DNA of 64,000 bases from Pseudomonas aeruginosa PAO1 (GTDB taxonomy: Bacteria > Pseudomonadota > Gammaproteobacteria > Pseudomonadales > Pseudomonadaceae): the NCBI RefSeq assembly GCF_000006765.1, contig NC_002516.2; one strand, written 5' to 3'. This document shows positions 20,700-31,779 of this stretch, one piece after another. Positions within the stretch are counted from its first letter, which is position 1; every line of letters starts with the position of its first letter. The translations under genes and the position numbers were made by a program. The notes beneath the pieces are model-generated. The model was not told the origin of the DNA. It searched no databases and was given only the letters and a program-made list of their open reading frames with translations.

Positions 20700-23410
20700 G
20701 ACTTGGCCTTACGTTTGCGCGCCCCGGTGGCGGCCGGAGCGTTGTCGGCCTTCGGCTTGGAAGGCCCCTTGCGATGCTTGGTCGGCTTGCCCGGCTTGGC
20801 GGCAGCGGCGGGCTTGCCGTCCTTGGCCTTGCCCTTCGCGCTCTTGCCCGCAGGAACGACCTTGCCCTTCTTCCCGCCCTTGTCCTTGCCGCCGACACGC
20901 GCCTCGGCGAGCAGCGCCTGCTTCACCTCGCGACTCTTGCGCACGTCGGTGTTGCCGAGCATCTCCGCGGCCTGCGCCAGCAGCTCCGGCGCGACCGGCG
21001 GCAGCGCCTGCACCTTGCCGGCCTTGCGCCGCGGCACCACCGCGGCGTCGGGACTGGCCAGCGCCGGCTCCAGGTCGACCTCGGGCACGGATGCGCCCTT
21101 GCGCCCCTTCGGCGCCTTGCCGGCGTTCGCCGACTTGTCGCCGTTGCGCTTCTTGCGTCCGATCGGCGCGCTCAGCACGTTTCCGGCCAGCTCGAAATCG
21201 ATCTTCCGCTCGTCCAGGTCGACCCGCGCCACTACCACTTCCGTGGTGTCGCCGAGACGGAAGCTGCGCCCGGTGCGTTCGCCGCTGAGGCGATGGTGCA
21301 CGGCGTCGAAATGATAGTAGTCGCCGGGCAGCGCGGTCACATGGACCAGGCCTTCGACGAAGATGTCGGTCAGCTCGACGAACAGACCGAAACCGGTGAC
21401 CGCAGTGATTACGCCAGGGAAGGTCTCGCCGACCCGCTCGCGCATGTATTCGCACTTCAGCCAGTTGGTCACGTCGCGGGTGGCCTCGTCGGCACGCCGC
21501 TCGGTCATCGAGCACTGCTCGCCCAACTGGTCCAGGCGCAATTCGTCGTACGGATAGATACGCGCCTTGGGCATGCTCGCCGCGCCGGCCCGCTGCACGT
21601 GCGGAGTCTCCGCCTTGGAGCGGATCACACTGCGGATCGCACGATGCACCAGCAGGTCCGGGTAGCGCCGGATCGGCGAGGTGAAGTGGGTGTAGGCGTC
21701 GTAGTTGAGGCCGAAGTGGCCATTGTTGTCCGGGCTGTACACCGCCTGGCTGAGCGAACGCAGCATGACCGTCTGGATCAGGCGGAAGTCGGCGCGGTCG
21801 TGGATCTTCTCCAGCAACTCCTGGTAGTCGCCCGGGGTCGGCGCGGCCTTGCCGCGGCCGAGGCTCAACCCCAGCTCGCCGAGGAACTGGCGCAGGTTGT
21901 TGAGTTTCTCCTGCGGCGGGCCGTCATGCACCCGGTACAACGCCGGGATGGCGTGCTTCTGCAGGAAGCGTGCGGTCGCCACGTTGGCGCAGAGCATGCA
22001 CTCTTCGATCAGGCGGTGCGCATCGTTGCGCTGGGTCGGGCGGATTTCCGAGATCTTCCGGTCGGCGCCGAAGACGATGCGGGTTTCCTGGGTCTCGAAA
22101 TCGATCGCGCCGCGGACATGGCGGCCGGCCAGCAGCGCTTTATACAACGCATACAGCTGCTGCAGGTGCGGCACCACGCCGGGCAACTGCTGGCGCAGGT
22201 TCTCGGCCTCGACGCTGTCGGGATGCTCGAGCAACTGGCTGACCTTGGTGTAGGTCAGGCGGGCATGGGAGTGGATCACCGCTTCGTAGAACTGGTAGCC
22301 GGTCAGCTTGCCAGCCTTGGACAGGGTCATCTCGCAGACCATGGCCAGCCGGTCGACCAGCGGATTCAGCGAGCAGAGACCATTGGACAGCACCTCCGGC
22401 AGCATCGGGATCACCCGCTCGGGGAAATACACCGAGTTGCCGCGCCTGGCCGCCTCTTCGTCCAGCGCCGAACCGACCTTCACGTAGTGCGAGACATCGG
22501 CGATCGCCACGAACAGGCGCCAGCCGCCGCCGCGCTTGGCCTCGGCGTACACCGCGTCGTCGAAGTCGCGGGCATCCTCGCCGTCGATGGTGACGAAGGG
22601 CACCTGGCGCAGGTCGACACGCTTTTCCTTGTCCTTCTCCGCCACTTCCGGCTTGAGCTTGGCCGCTTCCTTCTCCACCGCGGCCGGCCAGACGTGGGGG
22701 ATATCGTAGCTGCGCAGGGCGACTTCGATCTCCATCCCCGGCGCCATGTAGTCACCGAGCACCTCGACGATCTCGCCCTGGGCCTGGCGGTGGATGCTCG
22801 GCCATTGCTCGATGCGCACCTGGACGAACTGGTTGTGCCTGGCCTTGCCGGCCTTGCCCGGCGGGATCAGGACTTCCTGCTGGATCTTCGGGTTGTCCGC
22901 GACCACCACGCCGATGCCGCTTTCCTCGAAGTAGCGGCCGACCACGATCTCGTGGGCCCGCTCGATCACCTCGACCAGCTGGCCTTCGCGGCGTCCGCGC
23001 CGGTCATGGCCGGACACCCGGGCCAGGGCGCGGTCGCCGTCGAACACCAGGCGCATCTGGGTGGGACTGAGGAACAGGTCGTCGCTGCCATCGTCGGGGA
23101 TCAGGAAGCCGAAGCCGTCGCGGTGCCCGCTGATGCGGCCGCGGATCAGGTCCAGCTTGTCCACCGGCGCATAGGCGCCACGACGCGTATAGATAAGCTG
23201 CCCGTCGCGCTCCATGGCGCGCAGGCGACGACGCAAGGCCTCTTCCGGCTCCTCGCCGGCGAGCCCGAACTCGTCGAGCAACTGGGAGCGAGTCGCCGGA
23301 GCGCCCCGCTCGGATAGGTGAGCCAGGATCAGTTCCCGGCTGGGGATGGGGTTTTCGTACTTTTCCGCTTCGCGAGCGGCCTCGGGATCGAGGTTTTGCC
23401 AATCGGCCAT
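20696..23410 (-). CDS. rnr: Ribonuclease R
   Basis: GHRDGFGF, TIDGEDARDFDDA, HFTSPIRRYPDL, S1 domain, Lys/Ala-rich tail. Confidence 0.98.
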   Translation of the reverse strand: MADWQNLDPEAAREAEKYENPIPSRELILAHLSERGAPATRSQLLDEFGLAGEEPEEALRRRLRAMERDGQLIYTRRGAYAPVDKLDLIRGRISGHRDGFGFLIPDDGSDDLFLSPTQMRLVFDGDRALARVSGHDRRGRREGQLVEVIERAHEIVVGRYFEESGIGVVVADNPKIQQEVLIPPGKAGKARHNQFVQVRIEQWPSIHRQAQGEIVEVLGDYMAPGMEIEVALRSYDIPHVWPAAVEKEAAKLKPEVAEKDKEKRVDLRQVPFVTIDGEDARDFDDAVYAEAKRGGGWRLFVAIADVSHYVKVGSALDEEAARRGNSVYFPERVIPMLPEVLSNGLCSLNPLVDRLAMVCEMTLSKAGKLTGYQFYEAVIHSHARLTYTKVSQLLEHPDSVEAENLRQQLPGVVPHLQQLYALYKALLAGRHVRGAIDFETQETRIVFGADRKISEIRPTQRNDAHRLIEECMLCANVATARFLQKHAIPALYRVHDGPPQEKLNNLRQFLGELGLSLGRGKAAPTPGDYQELLEKIHDRADFRLIQTVMLRSLSQAVYSPDNNGHFGLNYDAYTHFTSPIRRYPDLLVHRAIRSVIRSKAETPHVQRAGAASMPKARIYPYDELRLDQLGEQCSMTERRADEATRDVTNWLKCEYMRERVGETFPGVITAVTGFGLFVELTDIFVEGLVHVTALPGDYYHFDAVHHRLSGERTGRSFRLGDTTEVVVARVDLDERKIDFELAGNVLSAPIGRKKRNGDKSANAGKAPKGRKGASVPEVDLEPALASPDAAVVPRRKAGKVQALPPVAPELLAQAAEMLGNTDVRKSREVKQALLAEARVGGKDKGGKKGKVVPAGKSAKGKAKDGKPAAAAKPGKPTKHRKGPSKPKADNAPAATGARKRKAKS

Positions 23411-23522
23411 TAGAGGTAGGTCACCTTTTCTTCTTTAGCGTTTGCTGCCATTGCTCTATTGAAGCGCGAAAACGCTTCGTCGGTCAGCTTCGGCAACAGA
23501 ATAATTTTTATCGCATCAGGGG

Positions 23523-23551
23523 TTTACAAGCAGAATACGTACTCGTATAGT
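23523..23551 (+). promoter_or_regulatory. Sigma70 stable-RNA promoter of the tRNA-Leu pair
   Basis: TTTACA-17 nt-TATAGT, then TCGCGCCC discriminator. AT-rich UP-like tract at about 23500-23512. Confidence 0.8.
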
Positions 23552-23614
23552 TCGCGCCCACAACGTTGCTGAGACGTTGTAACACGGAAACGATGAGCGA
23601 TCATCGACTCCAGT

Positions 23615-23701
23615 GCCCAGGTGGCGGAATTGGTAGACGCACTAGGTTCAGGTCCTAGCGGTGGCAACACCGTGGAAGTTCGAGTCTTCTCCTGGGCACC
23701 A
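23615..23701 (+). tRNA. tRNA-Leu (anticodon CAG), copy 1
   Basis: 87 nt, acceptor GCCCAGG/CCTGGGC-ACCA, anticodon arm CTAGG-TTCAGGT-CCTAG, long variable arm, GTTCGAG T-loop. Confidence 0.98.
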
Positions 23702-23711
23702 TATTTCAGAC

Positions 23712-23739
23712 AAAGCCGGTCATTAGACCGTTTTTGTTT
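23712..23739 (+). terminator. Weak terminator-like hairpin between the two tRNAs
   Basis: CGGTC-ATTA-GACCG followed by TTTTTGTTT. Confidence 0.45.
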
Positions 23740-23830
23740 CAGCAGTTCAGCCACTACCAGGCATTGAAACTGCGACAAGGTTTGCAACACCCAAGTCGAT
23801 GAGCGATCATCGCACAATGCTGAAAAGCAT

Positions 23831-23917
23831 GCCCAGGTGGCGGAATTGGTAGACGCACTAGGTTCAGGTCCTAGCGGTGGCAACACCGTGGAAGTTCGAG
23901 TCTTCTCCTGGGCACCA
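23831..23917 (+). tRNA. tRNA-Leu (anticodon CAG), copy 2
   Basis: Identical 87-nt sequence to copy 1, encoded CCA. Confidence 0.98.
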
Positions 23918-23931
23918 TCTTCAAGACAAAC

Positions 23932-23956
23932 AGCCGAGCATCGCTCGGCTTTTTGT
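23932..23956 (+). terminator. Intrinsic terminator after tRNA-Leu copy 2
   Basis: AGCCGAGC-atc-GCTCGGCT then TTTTGTT. Confidence 0.85.
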
Positions 23957-24020
23957 TGTCCGCGATTTTCCCTTCGAGCCACGCCACCCTCCCCCGCTCA
24001 CCGCGGCGCCGACCCCGGAA

Positions 24021-24049
24021 ATGAAAACGGGCCGCATGCGCAGCCCGTT
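24021..24049 (-). terminator. Probable purA terminator
   Basis: Minus strand AACGGGC-tgcgcatgcg-GCCCGTT-TTCAT. Confidence 0.6.
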
Positions 24050-24072
24050 CCGTCATCGCCCCGCTATCCGCC

Positions 24073-25416
<1,344 letters not shown>

Positions 25417-26601
25417 TCAGGACGCCAGCGGCGCCACCTGCCAATTGCCATCGCGCAGCGCCAGCTGCCGGTCGCAGCCTGCCTCGCGCGCAGAAGCCGC
25501 ATCCTGCCCGGGCAGAGCCTGGACGACACGCTGCCCGTCGCGGCGCAGTCGTTGCACCGCCTGCCAGAGCCCGGCCCCTTCGGCCGGCGCCCAGATACCC
25601 GATACAGCCTGGTCCAACCGGGCCTGGCCGAGAGTGACCAGGCTTTTCAGATCGGTGGAGAAACCGGTGGCCGGGCGGGCGCGCCCGAAATCGGCACCGA
25701 TATCATCATAGCGACCGCCCTGGGCGATGGACTGGCCAACGCCGGGCACGAAGGCCGCAAACACCACGCCGGTATGATAGTGATAGCCACGCAGCTCGCC
25801 GAGGTCGAAATACAGCGGCAAGCCGGGGAAACGTCCAGCCAGCGAATCGGCGATCTCGATCAGCTCGTTCAGCGCCACCTGGACATCGGCCGGCGCCGCC
25901 GCCAGACGGGCACGGCCCTGCTCCAGCGCATCGCGGCCGCCGCATAGCTCGGCCAGCGCACGCAACATGCCGCGCAGCTCGGCAGGCAGGTCTGCAGTCA
26001 GCGCCTCGACCTCGTCCACCGCCTTGCGCTGCAAGGCATCGAACAACTGCTGCTCGACTTCGCCGGACAGCCCTGCCGCGCGCGCTAGGCCGCGGTAGAT
26101 ACCGACATGGCCGAGGTCCATGTGCACGTCCGGCACTTCCGCCATCTCGAGCATTTCCAGCATCAGGCTGATCACCTCGACATCGCTGGCAGGGCTCGGA
26201 TCGCCGTACAGCTCGGCGCCCAGCTGGATCGGACTACGCGAAGTGGACAGCGCGCGCGGCTGCGCATGCAGCACACTGCCGGCATAGCACAGGCGGCTCG
26301 GTCCCTCGCGGCGCAGGCTGTGCGCATCCATCCGCGCCACTTGCGGCGTAATGTCGGCACGGAAACCCATGAGCCGGCCGGACGCCGGGTCGGTCACCTT
26401 GAAGGTGCGCAGGTCAAGATCCTGTCCCGCGCCGGTGAGCAGCGACTCCAGGTATTCGATATGCGGGGTCACGACGAACTCGTAACCCCAGCGGTGGAAC
26501 AGATCCAGCACCTGACGGCGGGCTGCTTCGATGCGCGCCGCCTCCGGGGGCAGCACCTCTTCGATCCCATCTGGCAGCAGCCAGCGGTCTACCGTTGCCA
26601 T
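25417..26601 (-). CDS. hisZ: ATP phosphoribosyltransferase regulatory subunit
   Basis: [47 protein letters not shown]. Confidence 0.95.
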
Positions 26602-26635
26602 TTCGCCTCTCCCCTTTCAGCCGGGCGGCACATCA

Positions 26636-26821
26636 TCAGTGAATCCAGTAAAGAAGCAGGGTGCCGAGCAGCATGCTGCCCAGCCCCACGAGACGCAGGT
26701 GACGGTCGCTCAGCCGGCCGATGCCGGTGACCGCCTCGCGCCATTGTCGCGGACACAGGAACGGCAGGATGCCTTCCAGCACCAGCACGAGACAAAAAGC
26801 GATGCCGAATTCCTGCCACAT
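26636..26821 (-). CDS. DUF2065 small membrane protein (YjeT-like)
   Basis: LVLVLEGILPFL.P..WR...LRLVGL, 61 aa, conserved position after hflC. The alternative ATG at 26869 is possible. Confidence 0.8.
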   Translation of the reverse strand: MWQEFGIAFCLVLVLEGILPFLCPRQWREAVTGIGRLSDRHLRLVGLGSMLLGTLLLYWIH

Positions 26822-26836
26822 GATTCTCGCGGACGC

Positions 26837-26859
26837 AAAAAAGCCGGGATTTCCCGGCT
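26837..26859 (-). terminator. Terminator-like hairpin downstream of hflC
   Basis: Minus strand AGCCGGGA-AA-TCCCGGCT followed by TTTTT. Confidence 0.65.
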
Positions 26860-26877
26860 GGCTCATCATAACACGAT

Positions 26878-26909
26878 TTCTCCGGCGGGCGCTGCCGCCC
26901 GCCGGAGAA
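26878..26909. repeat. 14-bp perfect inverted repeat right after the hflC stop
   Basis: TTCTCCGGCGGGCG-ctgc-CGCCCGCCGGAGAA. Confidence 0.8.
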
Positions 26910-26916
26910 CCGAGTA

Positions 26917-27786
26917 TTACTTGTTGGCCTTGTTCAGATAGCGGAAGAATTCGCTGCTCGGATCGAGCACCAGTACGTCGCGCTTCTCGGCGAAGCTTTC
27001 GCGATACGCCTTCAGGCTACGGTAGAAGGAATAGAACTCCGGATCCTGGTTGTAGGCCTTGGCGTAGATCGCGGCAGCCTTGGAGTCGCCGTCACCGCGG
27101 GTCTCTTCCGACTCGCGGTAGGCTTCGGCAACGATTACCCGGCGCTGGCGATCGGCGTCGGCACGAATGCCTTCGGCCAGTTCGCGACCCTTGGCGCGGT
27201 GCTCGCGGGCCTCGCGCTCACGCTCGGTGCTCATCCGCTCGAAGACGCTGCGGTTGACTTCCTTCGGCAGGTCGATGGCCTTGACCCGCACGTCGATCAC
27301 CTCGATACCCAGCTCCTTCTGCGCCATGCGGTTCAGCGAAGCGGTGATGTCGCCCATCAGCGCGTCGCGCTCGCCCGATACCACTTCATGCAGGGTACGC
27401 TTGCCGAACTGGTCGCGCAGACCCGCTTCGAGACGCCGCGACAGGCGTTCGTCGGCGATCTGCTTGAGGCCCGAGGTAGCGGTGTAGAAGCGCTCGGCAT
27501 CCGCCACCCGCCACTTGGCATAGGCATCCACCATCACCGCTTTCTTTTCCAGGGTCAGGAAGCGCTGGGTCGGGGCATCCAGGGTCAGCAGGCGAGCGTC
27601 GAACTTGCGCACCTGGTTGACGTACGGGATCTTGAAGTGCAGGCCCGGCTTGACGTCGGACTCGACCACCCGGCCGAAGCGCAACATGACCGCGCGCTCG
27701 GTCTGCTGGACTACGTAGACGCTGTTCCACAGGACGATGGCGGCGACGACACCGACGATCAGAGCGATCAAAGACTTGTTGCCCAT
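26917..27786 (-). CDS. hflC: FtsH modulator HflC
   Basis: SPFH domain, GLHFKIPY, VFERMSTERE, FYSFYRSL. Confidence 0.97.
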   Translation of the reverse strand: MGNKSLIALIVGVVAAIVLWNSVYVVQQTERAVMLRFGRVVESDVKPGLHFKIPYVNQVRKFDARLLTLDAPTQRFLTLEKKAVMVDAYAKWRVADAERFYTATSGLKQIADERLSRRLEAGLRDQFGKRTLHEVVSGERDALMGDITASLNRMAQKELGIEVIDVRVKAIDLPKEVNRSVFERMSTEREREAREHRAKGRELAEGIRADADRQRRVIVAEAYRESEETRGDGDSKAAAIYAKAYNQDPEFYSFYRSLKAYRESFAEKRDVLVLDPSSEFFRYLNKANK

Positions 27787-28988
27787 CAGCGGCTCTCCCT
27801 CGTACGCGCGTCTTGCTGGCGCAGATCGTTGACGATCCGCGACCCCAGGTCGGAAGCGCTGGCGCTGCCACCACCGGCGGAAGCACCGGCCCCCGTAGCG
27901 GGCGCGGCGTTACGACCATCGATCATCTTGTCCAGCGGCAGGTAGAGCAGGTTGTTCTGCCCCTGCTGACCGGTCACCAGCACCTTGCTGGTCTGGCTGA
28001 AGACTTCCTGCATGGTGTCCAGGTACAGACGCTCGCGCGTCACTTCCGGAGCCTTGCGATATTCCACCAGCAGCTTGGAGAAGCGATCCGCCTCGCCCTG
28101 GGCGCGCGAAATCACCTCGTCGCGGTAACCGTTGGCTTCTTCGATGATGCGCTGGGCCTGGCCACGTGCCTCCGGCACCACGCCGTTGGCATAGGCTTCG
28201 GCCTGGTTCTTCTCGCGCTGCTCGTCCTCGCGGGCCCGGATCACGTCGTCGAACGCTTCCTGCACCTCACGCGGTGCCTGGGCGCTCTGGATGTTCACCT
28301 GGGTCACGGTGATACCGGTCCTGTAGGTATCCAGGAAGCGTTGCAGGCGCTCGCGCACCTCGGTCGCCATCTGCTCGCGGCCTTCGGTGAGGATCCGGTC
28401 CATGGTGGTGGAGCCGGCGACATGCCGCAGCGCGCTCTCGGTCGCCTGCTGCAGGCTGACCTCGGGCTGGTCGACGTTGAGCACGAAGTCCTGCAGGTTG
28501 CTGATCTTGTACTGCACGGTCAGCGGCACTTCGACGATGTTCTCGTCCTCGGTGAGCATCTGCCCCTGCTTGCTGTACGCACGCTCGCGGGTGACGTTCT
28601 CCTGGAAGCGCTTGTCGATCGGCGGGAAGTAGAAGTTCAGGCCGGGACCGACCGTCTCGTAATACTTGCCGAAGCGCAGGATGACCGCCTGCTCCTGCTC
28701 GTCCACCACATAGATGGCGTTGTACAGCCAGAGCACGGCGAGGATCGCCAGGCCGATGCCGAACAGGCCCAGGCCACCGCCCTTGCCGCCGGAACCGGAG
28801 CCGGAACCGTTGCCACTGCGTTTTTTTCCACCGAACAGCCCGTTCAGGCTGTCCTGAAGCTTGCGGAAAGCCTCATCCAGGTCGGGCGGCCCCTTGCGGT
28901 CACCACCGCCGCCACCACCACCGCGGCGGCCTCCCCACGGGTCTCGATCGTTGTTGTTCGAGTTGTCACCCGGCTCGTTCCAAGCCAT
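27786..28988 (-). CDS. hflK: FtsH modulator HflK
   Basis: MAWNEPG...DPWG...GPPDLDE, MLTEDENIV, AFDDVIRARED. Gly-rich N-terminus. Confidence 0.97.
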   Translation of the reverse strand: MAWNEPGDNSNNNDRDPWGGRRGGGGGGGDRKGPPDLDEAFRKLQDSLNGLFGGKKRSGNGSGSGSGGKGGGLGLFGIGLAILAVLWLYNAIYVVDEQEQAVILRFGKYYETVGPGLNFYFPPIDKRFQENVTRERAYSKQGQMLTEDENIVEVPLTVQYKISNLQDFVLNVDQPEVSLQQATESALRHVAGSTTMDRILTEGREQMATEVRERLQRFLDTYRTGITVTQVNIQSAQAPREVQEAFDDVIRAREDEQREKNQAEAYANGVVPEARGQAQRIIEEANGYRDEVISRAQGEADRFSKLLVEYRKAPEVTRERLYLDTMQEVFSQTSKVLVTGQQGQNNLLYLPLDKMIDGRNAAPATGAGASAGGGSASASDLGSRIVNDLRQQDARTRESR

Positions 28989-29082
28989 AGCGCTCTCCAT
29001 CTAGTAACGCGAAACGCGCCTGCGGCGCGGCCACCCATGCTACCGAATGCCCTGCCCGCTGCCAAAAGCAGCGATACGGGCT

Positions 29083-30384
29083 TTATTGCAAAGTGTGTTG
29101 CGCAACGAACTCCGCCGGCTGCCAGCCAGCGCGGCTCGCCAGGCGGTTCAACTCGGCCCGCGGCAGGCGCACCTGCAGCAGGGTACAACCCTCCTCATCG
29201 TGCGCCTCGGACTGCACCGCGCCCAGTTCGAACAACTGGGCGCGCAGGCGCCCGAGCCGCTGGGGCAGGCGCAAGGTTCCGACGAACAGGTCCTCGCCAA
29301 GCAGCTCGGCGATGGCCTGGCGCAACAGGTCGAGGCCTTCGCCGGTCTGCGCCGACAGCCAGACGCGCACCGGCTTGCCGGAGTCGTCGCGCTGGATGTG
29401 CGGCTCGACCGAGGGTAGCAGGTCAACCTTGTTATAGACCTCGAGCATCGGCAATTCGTTGGCGCCGATCTCGCCGAGCACCGCCAGCACCTGCTCGACC
29501 TGCGCATCCCGTTCGGGCTCGTAGGCGTCGATCACGTGCAGCAGGAGGTCGGCGTTGCTCGACTCTTCCAGCGTAGCGCGGAAGGCCTCCACCAGCTTGT
29601 GCGGCAGGTGGCGGATGAAGCCCACCGTGTCGGCCAGCACCACCGGCCCGAGATCGTCCAGTTGCAGGCGACGCAGGGTGGGGTCGAGGGTGGCGAACAA
29701 CTGGTTGGCGGCATACACCTCGGAGGCGGTGAGCGAATTGAACAGGGTCGATTTGCCGGCGTTGGTATAGCCGACCAGGGAGACCGCCGGGATATCCGCG
29801 CGCTTGCGCCCGCGTCGAGCCTGCTCGCGCTGGCTGCGGACCTTCTCCAGGCGCTGCTTGATCTGGCGGATGCGCACGCGCAGCAGGCGTCGGTCGGTTT
29901 CCAGCTGGGTCTCGCCCGGACCGCGCAGACCGATACCGCCTTTCTGCCGTTCGAGGTGGGTCCAGCCGCGTACCAGCCGCGTGCTCATGTGCTCCAGTTG
30001 CGCCAGTTCCACCTGCAACTTGCCTTCGTGGGTACGTGCGCGCTGGGCGAAGATGTCGAGGATCAGCCCGGTCCGGTCGAGTACGCGGCACTCGAACGCA
30101 CGCTCGAGGTTGCGCTCCTGGCTGGGCGTCAAGGTGTGGTTGAAAATCACCAGCTCGACGTTTTCGGCCTTGACCAGGTCGTGCAACTCCTCGACCTTGC
30201 CACTGCCGATAAGATATTTGGCGCTCGGCTGGTGGCGGGAGACGCTGACGAATGCCACCGTTTCCGCGCCGGCCGAACGCACCAGCTCCTGGAACTCCTG
30301 CGGGTCTTCACGCGCCTCGGGGTTCTGCCCTTCCAGATGCACCAGAACAGCCTGTTCCCCACCACCTGGGCGCTCAAAGAACAA
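29083..30384 (-). CDS. hflX: Ribosome-splitting GTPase HflX (TTG start)
   Basis: GPGETQLE, GYTNAGKS, LFATLDPT, DTVGFI, YNKVD. Confidence 0.97.
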   Translation of the reverse strand: MFFERPGGGEQAVLVHLEGQNPEAREDPQEFQELVRSAGAETVAFVSVSRHQPSAKYLIGSGKVEELHDLVKAENVELVIFNHTLTPSQERNLERAFECRVLDRTGLILDIFAQRARTHEGKLQVELAQLEHMSTRLVRGWTHLERQKGGIGLRGPGETQLETDRRLLRVRIRQIKQRLEKVRSQREQARRGRKRADIPAVSLVGYTNAGKSTLFNSLTASEVYAANQLFATLDPTLRRLQLDDLGPVVLADTVGFIRHLPHKLVEAFRATLEESSNADLLLHVIDAYEPERDAQVEQVLAVLGEIGANELPMLEVYNKVDLLPSVEPHIQRDDSGKPVRVWLSAQTGEGLDLLRQAIAELLGEDLFVGTLRLPQRLGRLRAQLFELGAVQSEAHDEEGCTLLQVRLPRAELNRLASRAGWQPAEFVAQHTLQ

Positions 30385-30396
30385 AGCGGACTCCCG

Positions 30397-30750
<354 letters not shown>

Positions 30751-31722
30751 TCAGGCCAATATGGAGACCGTTTTCAGGTATTTCAAGGCACGCGGCAGAT
30801 TGTCACCTGCTAGGCTGTCCATCCAGTGTAGATGGCTCCAGCTTCGCAGCCAGGTGAACTGGCGCTTGGCCAACTGGCGGGTAGCGATGATGCCGCGCTC
30901 GGTCATTTCAGCGTAGGACAGCTTGCCATCCAGGTAATCCCACACCTGACGGTAACCCACGGCTCTAATAGACGGTAATCCTGCATGCAAGTCACTTCTG
31001 GCATGCAGTGCTTCGACCTCGGCGATGAAACCCTGTTCCAGCATCTGGCGAAAACGCTGCGCAATCCGCGCGTGCAACACCTGGCGCTGCTCGGGAGCAA
31101 TCGCCAGCTGAGCGACAGTATACGGCAATTGATTCCTGCCTGACGCGTCAAAATCCGCCTTTTCAGCGCTTTGCCGGCGACGCAGGTCGCTCATCGACAC
31201 CCCGCCGAGGCGATACACCTCGAGCGCCCGCATCAGTCGCTGCGGGTCGTTGGGGTGGATACGCGCAGCCGATTCCGGGTCGACCTCGGCGAGTTGCCGG
31301 TGCAGCGCCTCCCAACCTTCGGCCTGGGCCTCGGCCTCGATCGCCGCGCGCACCTCGGGATCGGCGCCGGGCATGTCGGCCAGGCCCTCGAGCAACGCCT
31401 TGTAATAGAGCATGGTGCCCCCCACCAGCAGGGGAATCCTGCCGCGCGCGGTGGCCTTGGCCATCGCCGCCAGGGCGTCGGCGCGAAATTCCGCGGCCGA
31501 ATAGCTCTCCGCCGGGTCGCGGATATCGATCAGGCGGTGCGGATAGCGCGCCAGCAGCTCCCGGGAAGGCTTGGCCGTACCGATATCCATACCGCGGTAG
31601 ATCAGCGCCGAGTCGACGCTGATCAGCTCGCAGGGCAGCGCATCGGCCAGCGCCATCGCCAGGTCGGTCTTGCCGGCGGCGGTCGGCCCCATGAGAAAGA
31701 TGGCGGGAGGCAGGGAAGACAT
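30751..31722 (-). CDS. miaA: tRNA dimethylallyltransferase
   Basis: [47 protein letters not shown]. Confidence 0.97.
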   Translation of the reverse strand: MSSLPPAIFLMGPTAAGKTDLAMALADALPCELISVDSALIYRGMDIGTAKPSRELLARYPHRLIDIRDPAESYSAAEFRADALAAMAKATARGRIPLLVGGTMLYYKALLEGLADMPGADPEVRAAIEAEAQAEGWEALHRQLAEVDPESAARIHPNDPQRLMRALEVYRLGGVSMSDLRRRQSAEKADFDASGRNQLPYTVAQLAIAPEQRQVLHARIAQRFRQMLEQGFIAEVEALHARSDLHAGLPSIRAVGYRQVWDYLDGKLSYAEMTERGIIATRQLAKRQFTWLRSWSHLHWMDSLAGDNLPRALKYLKTVSILA

Positions 31723-31779
31723 CGGAACGCTCTTGGACAAAGCGCATAGCTTCGGGCTTTGCGCCCGAAGCTGCAAGGC

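Noticed and set aside
20774-23317. 847-aa ORF antisense to rnr (similar ones oppose purA, hflK, fimW, fimX, parC and parE)
   Set aside because: Same artefact. Each tracks the boundaries of a real gene on the other strand.
23615-23960. tRNA pair as an integration site or CRISPR-like repeat
   Set aside because: The repeats are full tRNAs. There is no integrase, partial 3' tRNA duplicate (att scar), spacer array or cas gene.
28780-28960. Gly/Ser- and Asn-codon repeats in hflK as a contingency locus
   Set aside because: Imperfect in-frame codon repeats encoding the known Gly-rich HflK N-terminus. They are not a phase-variable tract.
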